From: Girardia tigrina
Lineage: Eukaryota
Length of the DNA: 49,553 bases
Assembly: GCA_001938485.1 (NCBI GenBank)
Contig: MQRK01170520.1
Location: forward strand, 1-49,553
Direction of reading: 5' to 3'
In this document: one piece after another, positions 38,588-49,553 of the stretch
Numbering within the stretch: position 1 is the first letter of the stretch
How the letters are laid out: each line of letters starts with the position of its first letter
Made by a program: the position numbers and the translations under genes
Notes under the pieces: model-generated
Database searches by the model: none
Told to the model about the DNA's origin: nothing
What the model saw: the letters and a program-made list of their open reading frames with translations, nothing else

Positions 38588-38836
38588 ATTTACTTTATCT
38601 TTATTTCTCTTCAATCTGGCTTCCTATGCAGTCATTAAGAATCAACTCACGAAAAAGAAGCATTTCTACGATTTGAATTTTCAATGTGGAGATTTATCGT
38701 TCCATGATCTGATGAAATATTTACATCGACTGATTCTCGATCCCACTATGAATAAAAAACATGTTCAATATTTACTGTCTTGCTACATAAGTGTCCGGGT
38801 TGATTGGGTTCGATTTGCTTTTTTCAATCCTAAAGA
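38588..38836 (+). CDS. CDO-like gene, exon A (start codon not located)
   Basis: tttag acceptor, open frame ...SFHDLMKYLHRLILDPTMNKKHVQYLLSCYISVRVDWVRFAFFNPK(E), donor GA|GTTAGT (phase 2). Aligns with the CDO N-terminal helices. Confidence 0.7.
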
Positions 38837-40181
38837 GTTAGTTGACATTCCTTATTTCAAAGGTTATTTATTAAACTCGAAAAATTGATAAATTTAATTT
38901 TCATAATATATAAATTATATTTTTTCCAAATTTAGCAAACTTCCTCTTTTATAAAGTATAAAGTTGAAAGATATGATTTTACCATTATCCAACATATTAA
39001 CACATTCACCACCATGGACCGCTTACTAGTATATAGTATAACTATAGTGACCATCAACACCAGAATTTATATTTTATAATTTTAGTATAAATGTGAGAGT
39101 TATTTTTAATGCTAAGTGTGTATTAATGGAAATATGTACTGACATTAAAAACGTGGTTTTTTTAAACACTATATATAAACCATGTATATAATTCTTAAAC
39201 ATTTGAGAGACAATAAATGTTTAATTAATCCAATTCGAGGTACTTCAAGAAAATAAAAATTGAAATTTGAATAAATATTACTATAATGAATAAATTTGTC
39301 TCGAAAAATCGATACTTTGGATCTTTTACTAATAATTCCATTTATTTGTTCACTGGTTTGGAATAATAAATGCGAATTTTAATATGCATTCTTTATACCC
39401 TGTACGAATTATGGCAAACAATACTCGAATATGTTAAAGTTTCATTTAACCATTTATGTTAAGTTCGAAATCAAAATTTTGAATTCGGAAATTTTTCAAT
39501 TATAAAGTTTTCATTTTAATCGTTAAACATGTATTTTCCTTTATTTTTAAAAAAATCTTTACTATACTTTTCCAATTTATTATAATAAATAAAAAAACAA
39601 AGCTTCCTTATGTTTTATATTCTTCTAAAATTTCATTTTAATACATTTTCATTTTTGATAATGATGTTTCAATAATAACATTATCATTTTAGGCTTTAAT
39701 TTAAAATATTTTTAAATTCCATTGAAAAATTTTAAATAATAAAATTAAAAAATTATGTGAACTCCCCAAAATCATAACAATTTATATTCAGATTATACAA
39801 ATTGTTAGAAAATGAATCTTAATCCGTAAAGTATTTTTTAGTGGAAAAAATAGAAAACTGATTAAATTAAAATATTTTTGAATAGGTAAATTTCATATTT
39901 AAAAGAAACTAATATTTGGTCGTATACGTTGTCTACTTGAATACCTTCTTTCAACCTTAGAGGATATTCCAATCTATGAATGTCCATTCATTAAATCTTG
40001 TAAGTTTACAAATCTTTAAAAAACTACAGCTTGCAGTTGTTAAAGAGGAAAGTTATTTTTATTCAAAGTTTCTCTATATTATGAAGATATTTATTTTTAA
40101 AAATATGACTAAAATACAATTTATTTTATATTATTTAAAATTAGATTAAAATTTATTTTTTTACTTATTAATTTTTTTAAG

Positions 40182-40309
40182 GAAATACGCCAAAAACATA
40201 ATAGAAATATGTGATCATTATATTATCTTTTTAATATGTTGGAACGCAGGCAGTGTGAGTTTGGATACGGAAAATATTAACAAAAACTGTTTTCTTAAAG
40301 TATTAAAAG
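40182..40309 (+). CDS. CDO-like gene, exon B
   Basis: KYAKNIIEICDHYIIFLICWNAGSVSLDTENINKNCFLKVLK compared with CDO RYTRNLV...LMILCWGEG...HCFLKMLQ. Phase-compatible acceptor and G|GTAAGT donor. Confidence 0.8.
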
Positions 40310-40353
40310 GTAAGTCTGTTTGAGAACATATTAAAAACTTATTAAAATTAAAG

Positions 40354-40446
40354 GTCGAATCAATGAAACTATATACGACAGTAAAGAAAAAACAAATGCC
40401 ATTTCGCAGAAGATTTACGATGTAAATATGGTTGGATTTATTGAAG
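40354..40446 (+). CDS. CDO-like gene, exon C
   Basis: After a 44-nt intron: GRINETIYDSKEKTNAISQKIYDVNMVGFIE, compared with CDO GNLKETLF...ENQCAYIND. Donor G|GTATAT. Confidence 0.75.
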
Positions 40447-40835
40447 GTATATTAAGACAGTAATAAAATTTGATAAAATAACTCAAAAAGTATTGTTCCA
40501 TTTTATATAATAACCCATAGTTTTAGTTTAGCGATTTCAATGTACGTTTCGGGTTTTCTACATCAAAATGGTCTTTAAAATGTGGGACTAAAACTACAGT
40601 TCCTTTTCTAAAGTCGAAAATCAGTAATTTTAACAATAAGTTTGTTAAGAGAACTCCAACATTTGACAGAACATTTATTACATTCACAATTTTGATCATT
40701 TCTATAACGATTGCTATCCCTTAAATCCATCAATCAATGTTTAATACTTCTCGTTCCAATCTGAACTAACTTGAAGAAAATTATTTTCTTTTAATTATTT
40801 AATTTAAATTTTATTGGATAAAATAAAATTATTTT

Positions 40836-41433
40836 TTACAAGCTTTTATTACGTTTCATTTGTTTGTTTGTTTGTTTGTCTGTATGGATCAAATCTTGCG
40901 ATCGAAATTTCACCCACTTCCCGTTGTGCTGGTGACTTGAAATTTTCAGGAGTGATGTATTCTAGATGACAATACACTTTTCCTTGAAAATTTTTGAAAA
41001 AAAATATTTTTTTTAATTTATTTTGCAAAAAAACCACTTACGATTATCTNNNNNNNNNNNNNNNNNNNNNNNNNNNNNNNNNNNNNNNNNNNNNNNNNNN
41101 NNNNNNNNNNNNNNNAATTCATCCACTTCCCATTCACCTAGCGACATGAAACTTTCAGGATGGATGTATTCTAGGTGACAATACACTTTTTCACTGTCAC
41201 TGCTCATCTACCGCCTTTAGTTTGGCCACAAAAATGTAATTAAAGTGTCGTTCTCATGTTTTCCTCAGTAGTAGGCTTTGAAATTTGCTACATCTAAATG
41301 CAAATAGAAAGTGGGTTTTCACCTAATAGGCTTTGATAATTCAGTCAAAAAATGTGGGAAGTGGGTGAAATAGATACAGAACCGCAAATATATGACAAAT
41401 TATAAAAGCTTGTACACCAAAAAATTTTTTGGT
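40836..41433 (+). mobile_element. HINE/DINE-1-like (Helentron-associated) element inside a CDO-like intron; spans an N gap
   Basis: TACAAGCTTTTAT ... ATAAAAGCTTGTA subterminal IRs, (TTTG)n tract near the 5' end, internal IR tttcacccacttccc/gggaagtgggtgaaa, a duplicated internal unit and a 3' hairpin ACCAAAAAATTTTTTGGT. Confidence 0.65.
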
Positions 41434-41950
41434 ATGATATTATTATAATCATTTTTAAACATTAATTTGATTTTAATCAACACTTTAATAAAAATTTTAA
41501 CTGACTTGTTAATTTCAATTTTTAGAAAAGCTGGAATTTGATAAAGCTTCAACATATTAAATTGATGTTTCTATATATAGCTGCGAAAATCACATTAAAA
41601 TCCCAAAACTGTAGCAGGACTGTGTGCAGATTGCTAGAATGAACATGAAAATATCTTGCATATTTCACAGAAAGAAAGTACGACACTGTCGAAGGAAATA
41701 AATGTAAAAAAGAACATCAAAAAGAGCTAAAATGGTCAGAAAGTTATTTCTCATATTGCCATTGACAATATTCAAAAACCGTTATGGTGAGGGATACAAG
41801 TTATAACAGTAATTACCAAAATTTATTGAAAAATATTTTTTATTCATAATTAATAACAAAATCATTTTTAATAAGATTCTACAAATCAAAATTTGCATCA
41901 GTTCATTTTAATTCTATTTACTTATAAAATACCCATGAAAAAAGGATTAA

Positions 41951-42183
41951 CCCTTCGTAACTCAATATCTTCAAAAAATACCACACAATGTAATAGAGAG
42001 AACTGTCAAATTCATCATCCTACCACCAACGCCACCTGTAGGTACTAATAAATCAGCGATGTTGTATAGATCGGTGTGTAACAGATATGCAACAGTGATT
42101 TAAAATGTGATATGTTAGTAGTTAGAGATCCTGTAAGAGTTACAACGGTTTGCTACAGAAGTGTCACACCATGTTACGAAAGG
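41951..42183. mobile_element. piggyBac-like MITE (intronic)
   Basis: TTAA|CCCTTCGTAAC ... GTTACGAAAGG|TTAA. Confidence 0.8.
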
Positions 42184-42401
42184 TTAATTTAAATTGCGAA
42201 TTCAATTTTTTAATAACGTTTTTTCTTAGATAAAGGAAATGATAATAGAGAAACCTGTTTATACGAGTTTACATTAAATTTTAGTAGTATTGATTACTTT
42301 AAACGCTACACAATATAATGAAATATAATATGTTTCATTACATAATAATCTTTATATTCTACAGTATTTGCTATTATTGCTGATATGGTAATGATATTCA
42401 G

Positions 42402-42607
42402 GCCTAAAAGGAAATCACTTATTAAGTAACGGAAGTAGCAAAGAGGAAGCGGTCTCCTTGCACGTATTTTCTCCTCATTTTGTAACTTCTCCAAATCAAA
42501 CAAGAAGTCAAATGATTCTCTCTGAATTACATTTCTATAGCAAAAATGGAAGACTGCTAAGGTTTGATAGGACATGTGTTATTATTTGTTTAAATGTTGT
42601 TTTTTAA
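42402..42607 (+). CDS. CDO-like gene, exon D
   Basis: ttcag acceptor in matching phase. (G)LKGNHLLSNGSSKEEAVSLHVFSPHF...LHFYSKNG compared with CDO SIGLHRVEN.SH.EPAVSLHLYSPPF...TFHSKFG. Ends at TAA 42605-42607, or possibly at a donor near 42562. Confidence 0.8.
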
Positions 42608-42714
42608 TATAAACATAATTATCTAAATAATTAATTGTGCGTCTTTCATAGATAAAGTTAAGAAAGTTTATGTTTCCTTGAATATTAAAATCTAGATATC
42701 TAAAATGCTATATA

Positions 42715-42884
42715 CAGTAAAATCCGATTAATCCGAAATGTTAAATCACACGAATATTTTTTCGGTATAGCCGGAATTCGGATTAACAGGAGTCAGATTA
42801 ACCGGATTTAACAGTATAAAAAATAATTCCGTGAATATAAATTTATTCGGTTTATCCGGATTCACGGATTAGCCGGTTTTACTG
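42715..42884. mobile_element. pogo/Tigger-like MITE
   Basis: TA|CAGTAAAATCCGATTAATCCG ... CGGATTAGCCGGTTTTACTG|TA, with internal cggatta repeats. Confidence 0.85.
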
Positions 42885-43209
42885 TATATCCGTGTATCAA
42901 CATTAGTAACACTTAAAATTAATTCTTTCAAGGTTTGACTTGAACAAATAATGCATCATTTTCGTCCTATTTTTCTATTTTTCAAAAAAAACTCCAAAAT
43001 GGAAATTACAAATGAACATCTTATTGAAATTAATTCTTTAAATCAGATGTATCATAAATTGTTTATAATAACTATTACTAAATATTTGCCTGAAAAATTT
43101 AAAACCTAAAACTAATGAGAAAACGTCTCTATCAAAAACATTATTGAATGTGTTTGAATGATATAATTATTTACTGGTGTTAGATAAATTCGAATTAAAA
43201 GATTAAAAT

Positions 43210-45569
43210 CCAATAATAATAATCATATATTTGAATACACTACCATTTCGTGAATATTTAAACAAGGAATTATAATCAATGTAATTTAATATTTCGTTTA
43301 ATATCACATTCCCCTCTTCAAAATCATCTGTATATCGATCTCGGATTCCACGTACTTCTGGTAGGGTATCTTCTCTCTTTGACTTGAGCCGTTTCATTGC
43401 CCTTTTTTCTCCAAGTTCGTATACTGGTCTGAGCCTTTGTTTCCCAACGTTTTTTTTCTTCGGTTTTTTTCACTTTTTTTTAATCTGGTTCTAGATACGT
43501 TGTATTTCTTTATTCACCCCTTCATGGTATAAAATGAATGTCCAGTCGTCAATAATTCTCCTGATAACGAATGGTCCAATGTAATTATTTTCAAATCCTT
43601 GTGCTCCTTCATTTATGACCATAACTTTCTGCACGACTTGTAGTTTTGCGTTCCACCGATGCTTGGCATCCCTTAATTTATCTCTTTCATTCTGGTCTCT
43701 CAAATTTTTAGTGATGAATTCGTGGACTATTTTTATCTTACTTCTCATTTCATTCACACATTCATCTGTGCTGTGATATTCTGCGTCCTAGAAGAGTTCA
43801 AAGTGAATGAAGTTGATTCTTGGTTTGCGTCCAAACAACACTTTGGTATGGGGAATACTTATTGGTTTTTTATTTTGTTGTTCGTATACCCAGTTGTATG
43901 AATAGTAGTGTTTCACTCCAGTCTTGAATTTTTCTTTCCACCATCACTGATCAGTGGTTTTAACGTTTGGAACAACCTTTCTATTATTCCATTTCCCTGT
44001 GGATAGTATGGTGAAGTAAACGTCTTCTTAATTCTCAGTGCTCGACAGTGTTCAATAAATAAATTTAATGTAAAATTCGAGTGTATTTATTCTGGAATCC
44101 CAAATTTTGATATCCAATGAATCCATAGATTTTTAATCATCTTTTCTGCTGTCATTGAATTTATCAGTATTAAGCATACGTATTTCCAGAAATAGTCGAT
44201 CACACCAAGGATATATCGGTATCCATTTCTAGTGCTTGTAAATGGTCCTGTGATATCTATTCCGATTACTTCAAATGGCTTTTTGGTAATCAAGTCTTGT
44301 AATGGCGCTTTAATTCTTCCATTGATATTTCTGTTTTGAATGCATGGTATGTATTTACTTAAGATTTCTTTTATATCTTTCACCATAATCCACCAGTAAT
44401 GATTTTTTTGTAAAAGCATCGGCTGTTTTTTTAATCCTGGGTGTCTCAATTGTCGGTGGTAGTTCCGAATTATTTCCCGTCTTTGTGTTTTGGCATGATT
44501 ACTCTATAGATTCCGTCCTTGAATAAATATATAATATCCCCACGAATTCTGATTTCATGTCCATCGGACTGATGTTTTGTTTACTCGTCTTTGTAGGTTA
44601 TTCGATTCAGTAACTTCCGTAACTCTTCATCTGTTTCCTGCTCCCACTCGTTTGGACTCTCGTCATTTTGATTTTAAATTTCATTGACAATTTTTCTGAA
44701 TATTCGCTATGAGTTTTCACTTTCTATGCATAATTTTCTTCTTTGGATCTTCTTGTCGTAGGGTACACTGTTCACATGGTGCTGGTCTTGAAAGAGCATC
44801 GGCATTATTGTAGTCCTCTCCTTTTCTGAATTCTATATCCATATCAAATATTTCGGGTTCTTATTTCCGAATATAGTACTGTGATATGTTTGATATATTC
44901 CATTTTAAAAGCTATTTTAATGCCTGATAATCCGTCCTGTCAAGAAAATGTGATCCTATCAAGTAGTGTTTAAATTTCAAAACAAACGTATGGATGGCTA
45001 GCAATTAGTTTCAAGTAATACAATATTATCACTGACTCTTACTTAGTGTTTTCGAGACATAATAAATAATTCATTCTTCTCCATTTTGAATTTGTGATAA
45101 TACTGCACAAAATTTAATCAAGGGATACGTCCGTATCTAGAATATATTTACCATCTTTTATAGGTAAAGCTAACTCAGGAAATTGTGTGAGATGTTCCTT
45201 GAGTCTGTAAAACATACTACTCGATTCGTCTGTCCACACAAATTTAGACTCGTTTTTTAACATTAAACTTAAATGACTGGATATTACAGCATAATCCTTG
45301 ATAAACCTGCGATAATAGTGGCAAAATCCCAAGAATTTTTGTTATTCTTAGTTGCAGCCTGGTAACTTTCATTATTTGATGCTCTTGATTTTATCAGGAT
45401 ATGTCTTCACGCAGAGCGCAGGTACGCTGTCAAAAAGGAAATTTTGTTATAAGACAAAGTTATAATGGTGTTTACAATAATAATCAGATATTTGAATACA
45501 CTACCATTTCGTGAATATTTAAACAAACAATTATAATCAATGTTATTAAATATTTCATTTTATATCACA
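43210..45569 (-). mobile_element. Internally deleted Gypsy element with short LTRs (45445-45569 and ~43210-43308), retaining RT end, RNase H and integrase
   Basis: Direct repeats start TGTGATAT; PPT GAAGAGGGGAA precedes the 3' LTR. Motifs GFCHYYRRFIKDYA, YILDTD, PFEVIGIDITGP, IDYF.K, KFGIPE, TSPYYPQGNG, YIGPF. Confidence 0.88.
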
Positions 45570-45590
45570 AACGGTAACACAGTTACTGAT

Positions 45591-45593
<3 letters not shown>

Positions 45594-45634
<41 letters not shown>
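45594..45634. repeat. (AT)n microsatellite
   Basis: Seen directly. Confidence 0.95.
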
Positions 45635-45637
<3 letters not shown>

Positions 45638-45699
45638 GTGTAAAATTCATATTATTCACTTGATGATCTTGTAATGACAACTATACCATCGAAATTAAT

Positions 45700-45900
45700 T
45701 AATATAGAATCTAAGATGTGTCAAAATAAAGGACACTTAGAAAATGAATGTTATACAAGATTACTTGGAGGAGCAGGGCACCAAAATAACTACTTAGCAT
45801 CAGGGTACAACCAACATCAGTGTAGAAATAGAGAAGATAAGAGGCGAAGACATTTCCGAAAATTCGTTGCAAACATAGAAGAAGAATATTGTTAGGGTTC
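45700..45900 (+). mobile_element. Gypsy gag zinc-knuckle remnant
   Basis: CQNKGHLENECYT resembles CNNPGHRAEECYT of the 29263-29568 ORF. Confidence 0.6.
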
Positions 45901-46789
45901 CGAAAAATATAAATTAAAATTTTAACTAAAAACTCTTGTAGAAAAAATGGAAAATAATTCCCTGGTAAAAAGTAATAAGTTTCGATTAACATAATAGTTG
46001 TTTTAATAAAATTTGAAGAATAATTGTAAATATTTTGTGATTTGTTTTAGTTAATCAGTTTCAGGGTTAGTAAAAATTAGTATATGAACAACAATGAATT
46101 CAGTAATAGTCACACAAATAATTTTCTATAGTAAAATAATAAAGAAGAATCAGTGTCGGAACAAAGTAAACTTTGTTATTTAATAAATCTGTTTGTTTAT
46201 ATTTTCAAATTTGACAATCGAACCAAGTCTCCTGTATTTGAGAAAAGGGTTCATTTTGATTTGGAATTACGTTAACGTTTCTTTAGAAGATTTAAAGTTT
46301 CGATATTAATTAACTGTTATCTGACAAACTCGCATCGATTATCTGTTGTGAATACGTTTATCGATACTATTGAGTTGAACAATATAAAGCTGTATACTAC
46401 TTTGTGTTATTGAAAATAAAGTTTCATAAAAGAAGTTATGTTCATTATTTATATATTTATGTTGGAAGTACTTACTAATTAATTGGAAAAAGACTAAAGA
46501 TTAAAAGATTAAAGATTTGTGTTTTAAAAAGTAAATATTTAAATTGAAGTTAAATACCCAAAAATATGATGAATCAGTGTTAGAAAATTAAAATCCAAAA
46601 GACATTGTCTCAAAAGAAATTGAGTCAGTCAGGGAAATAAATTAAAAAGAATCATTGACTGCCACAATATCGGTATTTATAGCATAAGTATCATAGATGA
46701 TACTATAAATGTATTGATAGGCAATATAAAAAACGGTAAAGAAATTTATAAAATAAAAGAAATTTATAAATTTAAAGAAATTTATCTAG

Positions 46790-48835
46790 GATTGGATGAC
46801 ATCTCAACACATGTCAACTCATCACATGATATTTTATCGCATCGAACTCAACACATGACACCTCAACACACGACTACTTCATCACGTGACTTCATCGTAA
46901 TGCATTAATTTTTTATTAATTTTTATTTTTAATTTTTTAAAATCTTTGTGTGTGAATTGAATAGATAATAATTGCGTTTTAAATTACCTTTACAATTATG
47001 TAGGGCTGGGCGCGGGACAATGAAATAAATTTCCGATGAACTGTTATTTAATATTTTTTAATAAAACGTTTTAAATAAAAGACTGTTTGATGAAAAATCG
47101 AAACATAATAATGAACACTTTACGTGATGTAGATCATTTGTCATTTAGTACCGATGCCTGGACTTCAAAAAGTAAATGTAGTCAATATATCTTTGACAGT
47201 ATATTATACTACCGATGATTGGAATTCGAAAACTTTTTGTCTCGCCACAAAAGAATAATCGGAAAGCCATACAGGAAAGAATATCGCCGAAAAACTTTGT
47301 CTAATCATGGACAATTGGATGACTAATATTAGTATCATTGTTGCAATTGTTACAGATAATACTAGAAATATGATTACTGTATTTCCGGAGCCTTAATTTC
47401 TGTAACAAAAGGGCAAGATTATGTTAAAGATATACTGGAAAAGTGTCAGAAGTTGGTTGGAAATTTTCACCACAGTGCTTTGGCTACTTTAACTTTAAAC
47501 ATTTGGCAAAAAACCTGAAATTCGCAACATCGATTGATTCAAGACTCCAAATCTAGATAGAACACTACGGTTGACAAGTTAGAGCGATTATTGTGAAACA
47601 GAAACTTTCCATTTCTGCAGTTCTACAATCATATAAAAAAAGCCCATAAGATATTGTCAGTTTAACTTTCTCAAAATGGTTAGGAACTAATTTGAACATT
47701 AATATCATTAGGAATTAACAATAAAAGCAATGTGTGGCATAAAATATGTTGCTGTATTTTTATATTACATATGGTTCATCAGCTTTTGAATAAAACAACT
47801 CAACAAGCAGAACATGTGAAGGAATAACAAAAATGTTTATCCAGCAATGACTATTGACTTAAAAATGCGTTATCCAATAAATAAAACTCTGGAAACCCAA
47901 ATGGAAATTGCAAATTTTTTGGATCCATGATTCCAAAGTCTTTCATTTTTTGAGAAGAAACGGAAATCCGGTTCATTAATAATTTTCAAAAAATCTTACT
48001 TCAACAACAGAATCTTGAATTAATACATAAAATTAATGGAAATGATAATTTTGGAGAAAACTTCATCTAAGTTTACGAAACTCACACCCATGAACGAGGT
48101 GATATCAAAACTTGCTGGAAAACCAAATACCACAAATAATTCAGAAAGTGTAACCCGTGAATGTATAAATCCAACCTTATGGAGCCGTAGAATGAAAATG
48201 TGCAAGATAGAAACTTATGATGGTGCGAAAATGCCAATCATTTCTTGATTATTGTATCTTATGGCAAAAAATACTTATCTATACCCACTACCAGTGTTCC
48301 TTCTGAACTTGTATTTTCAGTAACAGGAAATATTGTAACAGCGCAAAGGAATTATTTAACACCTAAGATTGTCGACCTGTTTACCTTTTTATAAAGTAAT
48401 TTCTAATAAAAATATATGGGTCACCATATGTTTATTTGTATTTTTATGAATATTATTATTATTATTCTTGTATTTTTATAATTATGCGAAAATTAGTAAA
48501 TAACTTAAAATTTATTGCGCAACGTTTCTGAAAAATAAAAAAAGTATTTAATATTTTGATAATAACAGTTTTTGTTGAAATAATTTCTAGGTCGGTGCAC
48601 TGATTCACCTACCGAAATTTCCGCCGGTTCACCGGTTTTCAAAAATCAGTGCACGGTCAGCCCTATAATTATGTGTTTAATAAATGTGTGCACTGATTAG
48701 ATTATAATTATGTGGTGAAATGACAATGTGATGGGATGTCACATGATAAAGTAGTCGAGTGTTGAGGTGTCATGTGTTGCGTTGGATTTGATGAAATATC
48801 ATGTGATGAGTAGACATGTGTTGAAATTTCAGGAC
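46790..48835. mobile_element. MULE-like TIR element (~95-bp inverted arms) interrupted by a hAT insertion
   Basis: 46796-46895 is the diverged reverse complement of 48733-48830, with caacacatg subrepeats. Confidence 0.7.
47001..48665 (+). mobile_element. hAT (Ac/ZBED1-like) transposon, internally deleted, transposase pseudogenised
   Basis: TIRs TAGGGCTG...CAGCCCTA with 8-bp TSD caattatg/taattatg. Motifs SFSTDAWTS, ESHTGKNIAEKL, IVTDN..NM, FLDP*F, AKKYLSIPTTSVPSELVFSVTG. Confidence 0.92.
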
Positions 48836-49400
48836 ACGGTATAGAGACGATGTCCGATAACGATTGGAGGTAATGATATGAAAGAAGAAATTAAAATCAT
48901 ATCAATTGATGAATGGAAGACATAAGATATTACATACGACAAGATGCAGTGTCGACCAAATGTAAAAATGAAGATACAGAATATAACGGAAGACTGTTTA
49001 TTAGTTACTGAAGGAAGAGTAAACCTAATTAGTAAAAAGATTTTTGAAGAGCTAATAGATGTGAAATTGGAAAAACTAGATATCAAGTTACAAGGCGGAA
49101 ATAACAGCCAATTAGATTACATGGGTAAAATATATGTGAAGGTAAAAATTAAAGAAAACAGATAAATATAAATTTTGAGGTAATAACTGCCGTAAACTAA
49201 ACCTAGTTTGAGGTATTTAAGTACAAAGTGAATTCAAAATAGAGTTAAGCTGGACGAAGGAAGGAAATAAAGTGAAGGAACAAGTAGAACAATTTTATAA
49301 AGTATGTAATTTAGAAACCAAATTCGGTCACTAGATGATAAATGAGGAACGATATCATAAAACCAAAGAAATAATGCCGATTCCAGATAAACCAAAGTTG
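48836..49400 (+). mobile_element. Gypsy protease-region remnant (family of 16196-19092)
   Basis: IISIDEWK..ITYDKMQCRP.VK...EDCLL...RVNLI..KIFE.L..VKLEK.DIKL and EQFYKVCNLETKFGH align with ORFs 17513-17878 and 16967-17350. Confidence 0.8.
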
Positions 49401-49437
49401 TCCATTAAAAAATAACTTTAAAAAAACTAACGTTGTA

Positions 49438-49553
49438 CAGGGTGCGGCAGCTATTTGAGAACACGTAATATAGACACCATATCTTTTTGTGTGTTATAAT
49501 TATATAATTTTATTTTTGCTGGTAGACATGGCAGAAGCTACTCTTACGAATGA
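49438..49553 (+). mobile_element. Possible Tc1/mariner left end (runs off window)
   Basis: TA|CAGGGTG terminus at the point where the gypsy remnant stops. Confidence 0.4.

Noticed and set aside
39905-39999. Extra exon candidate inside CDO-like intron A-B
   Set aside because: Phase is incompatible and the CDO alignment is continuous without it.

Overview
Very AT-rich eukaryotic genomic DNA with GT-AG introns and two N-gaps. It looks metazoan; composition and TE content suggest a planarian/flatworm, but that is inference. Most of the window is decayed, nested transposons: several Ty3/Gypsy LTR elements, a mariner, hAT relics, piggyBac-, pogo- and MULE-type MITEs, Helentron/DINE-like elements and LINE fragments. 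Two 5'-truncated Penelope-like insertions each carry a minimal hammerhead ribozyme. Host-gene content has four parts. (i) A 4-exon open reading frame (38588-42607, +) encodes a cysteine dioxygenase (CDO)-fold protein that has lost two of three iron-binding histidines and the cross-link tyrosine; the ORF track does not assemble it. (ii) One exon resembles a short ADP-ribosylglycohydrolase. (iii) A truncated Hsp90 N-domain is fused in frame to foreign sequence. (iv) A mosaic block holds katanin p80 and sideroflexin pseudogene fragments. All homology calls are from recalled family motifs; no database searches were run.
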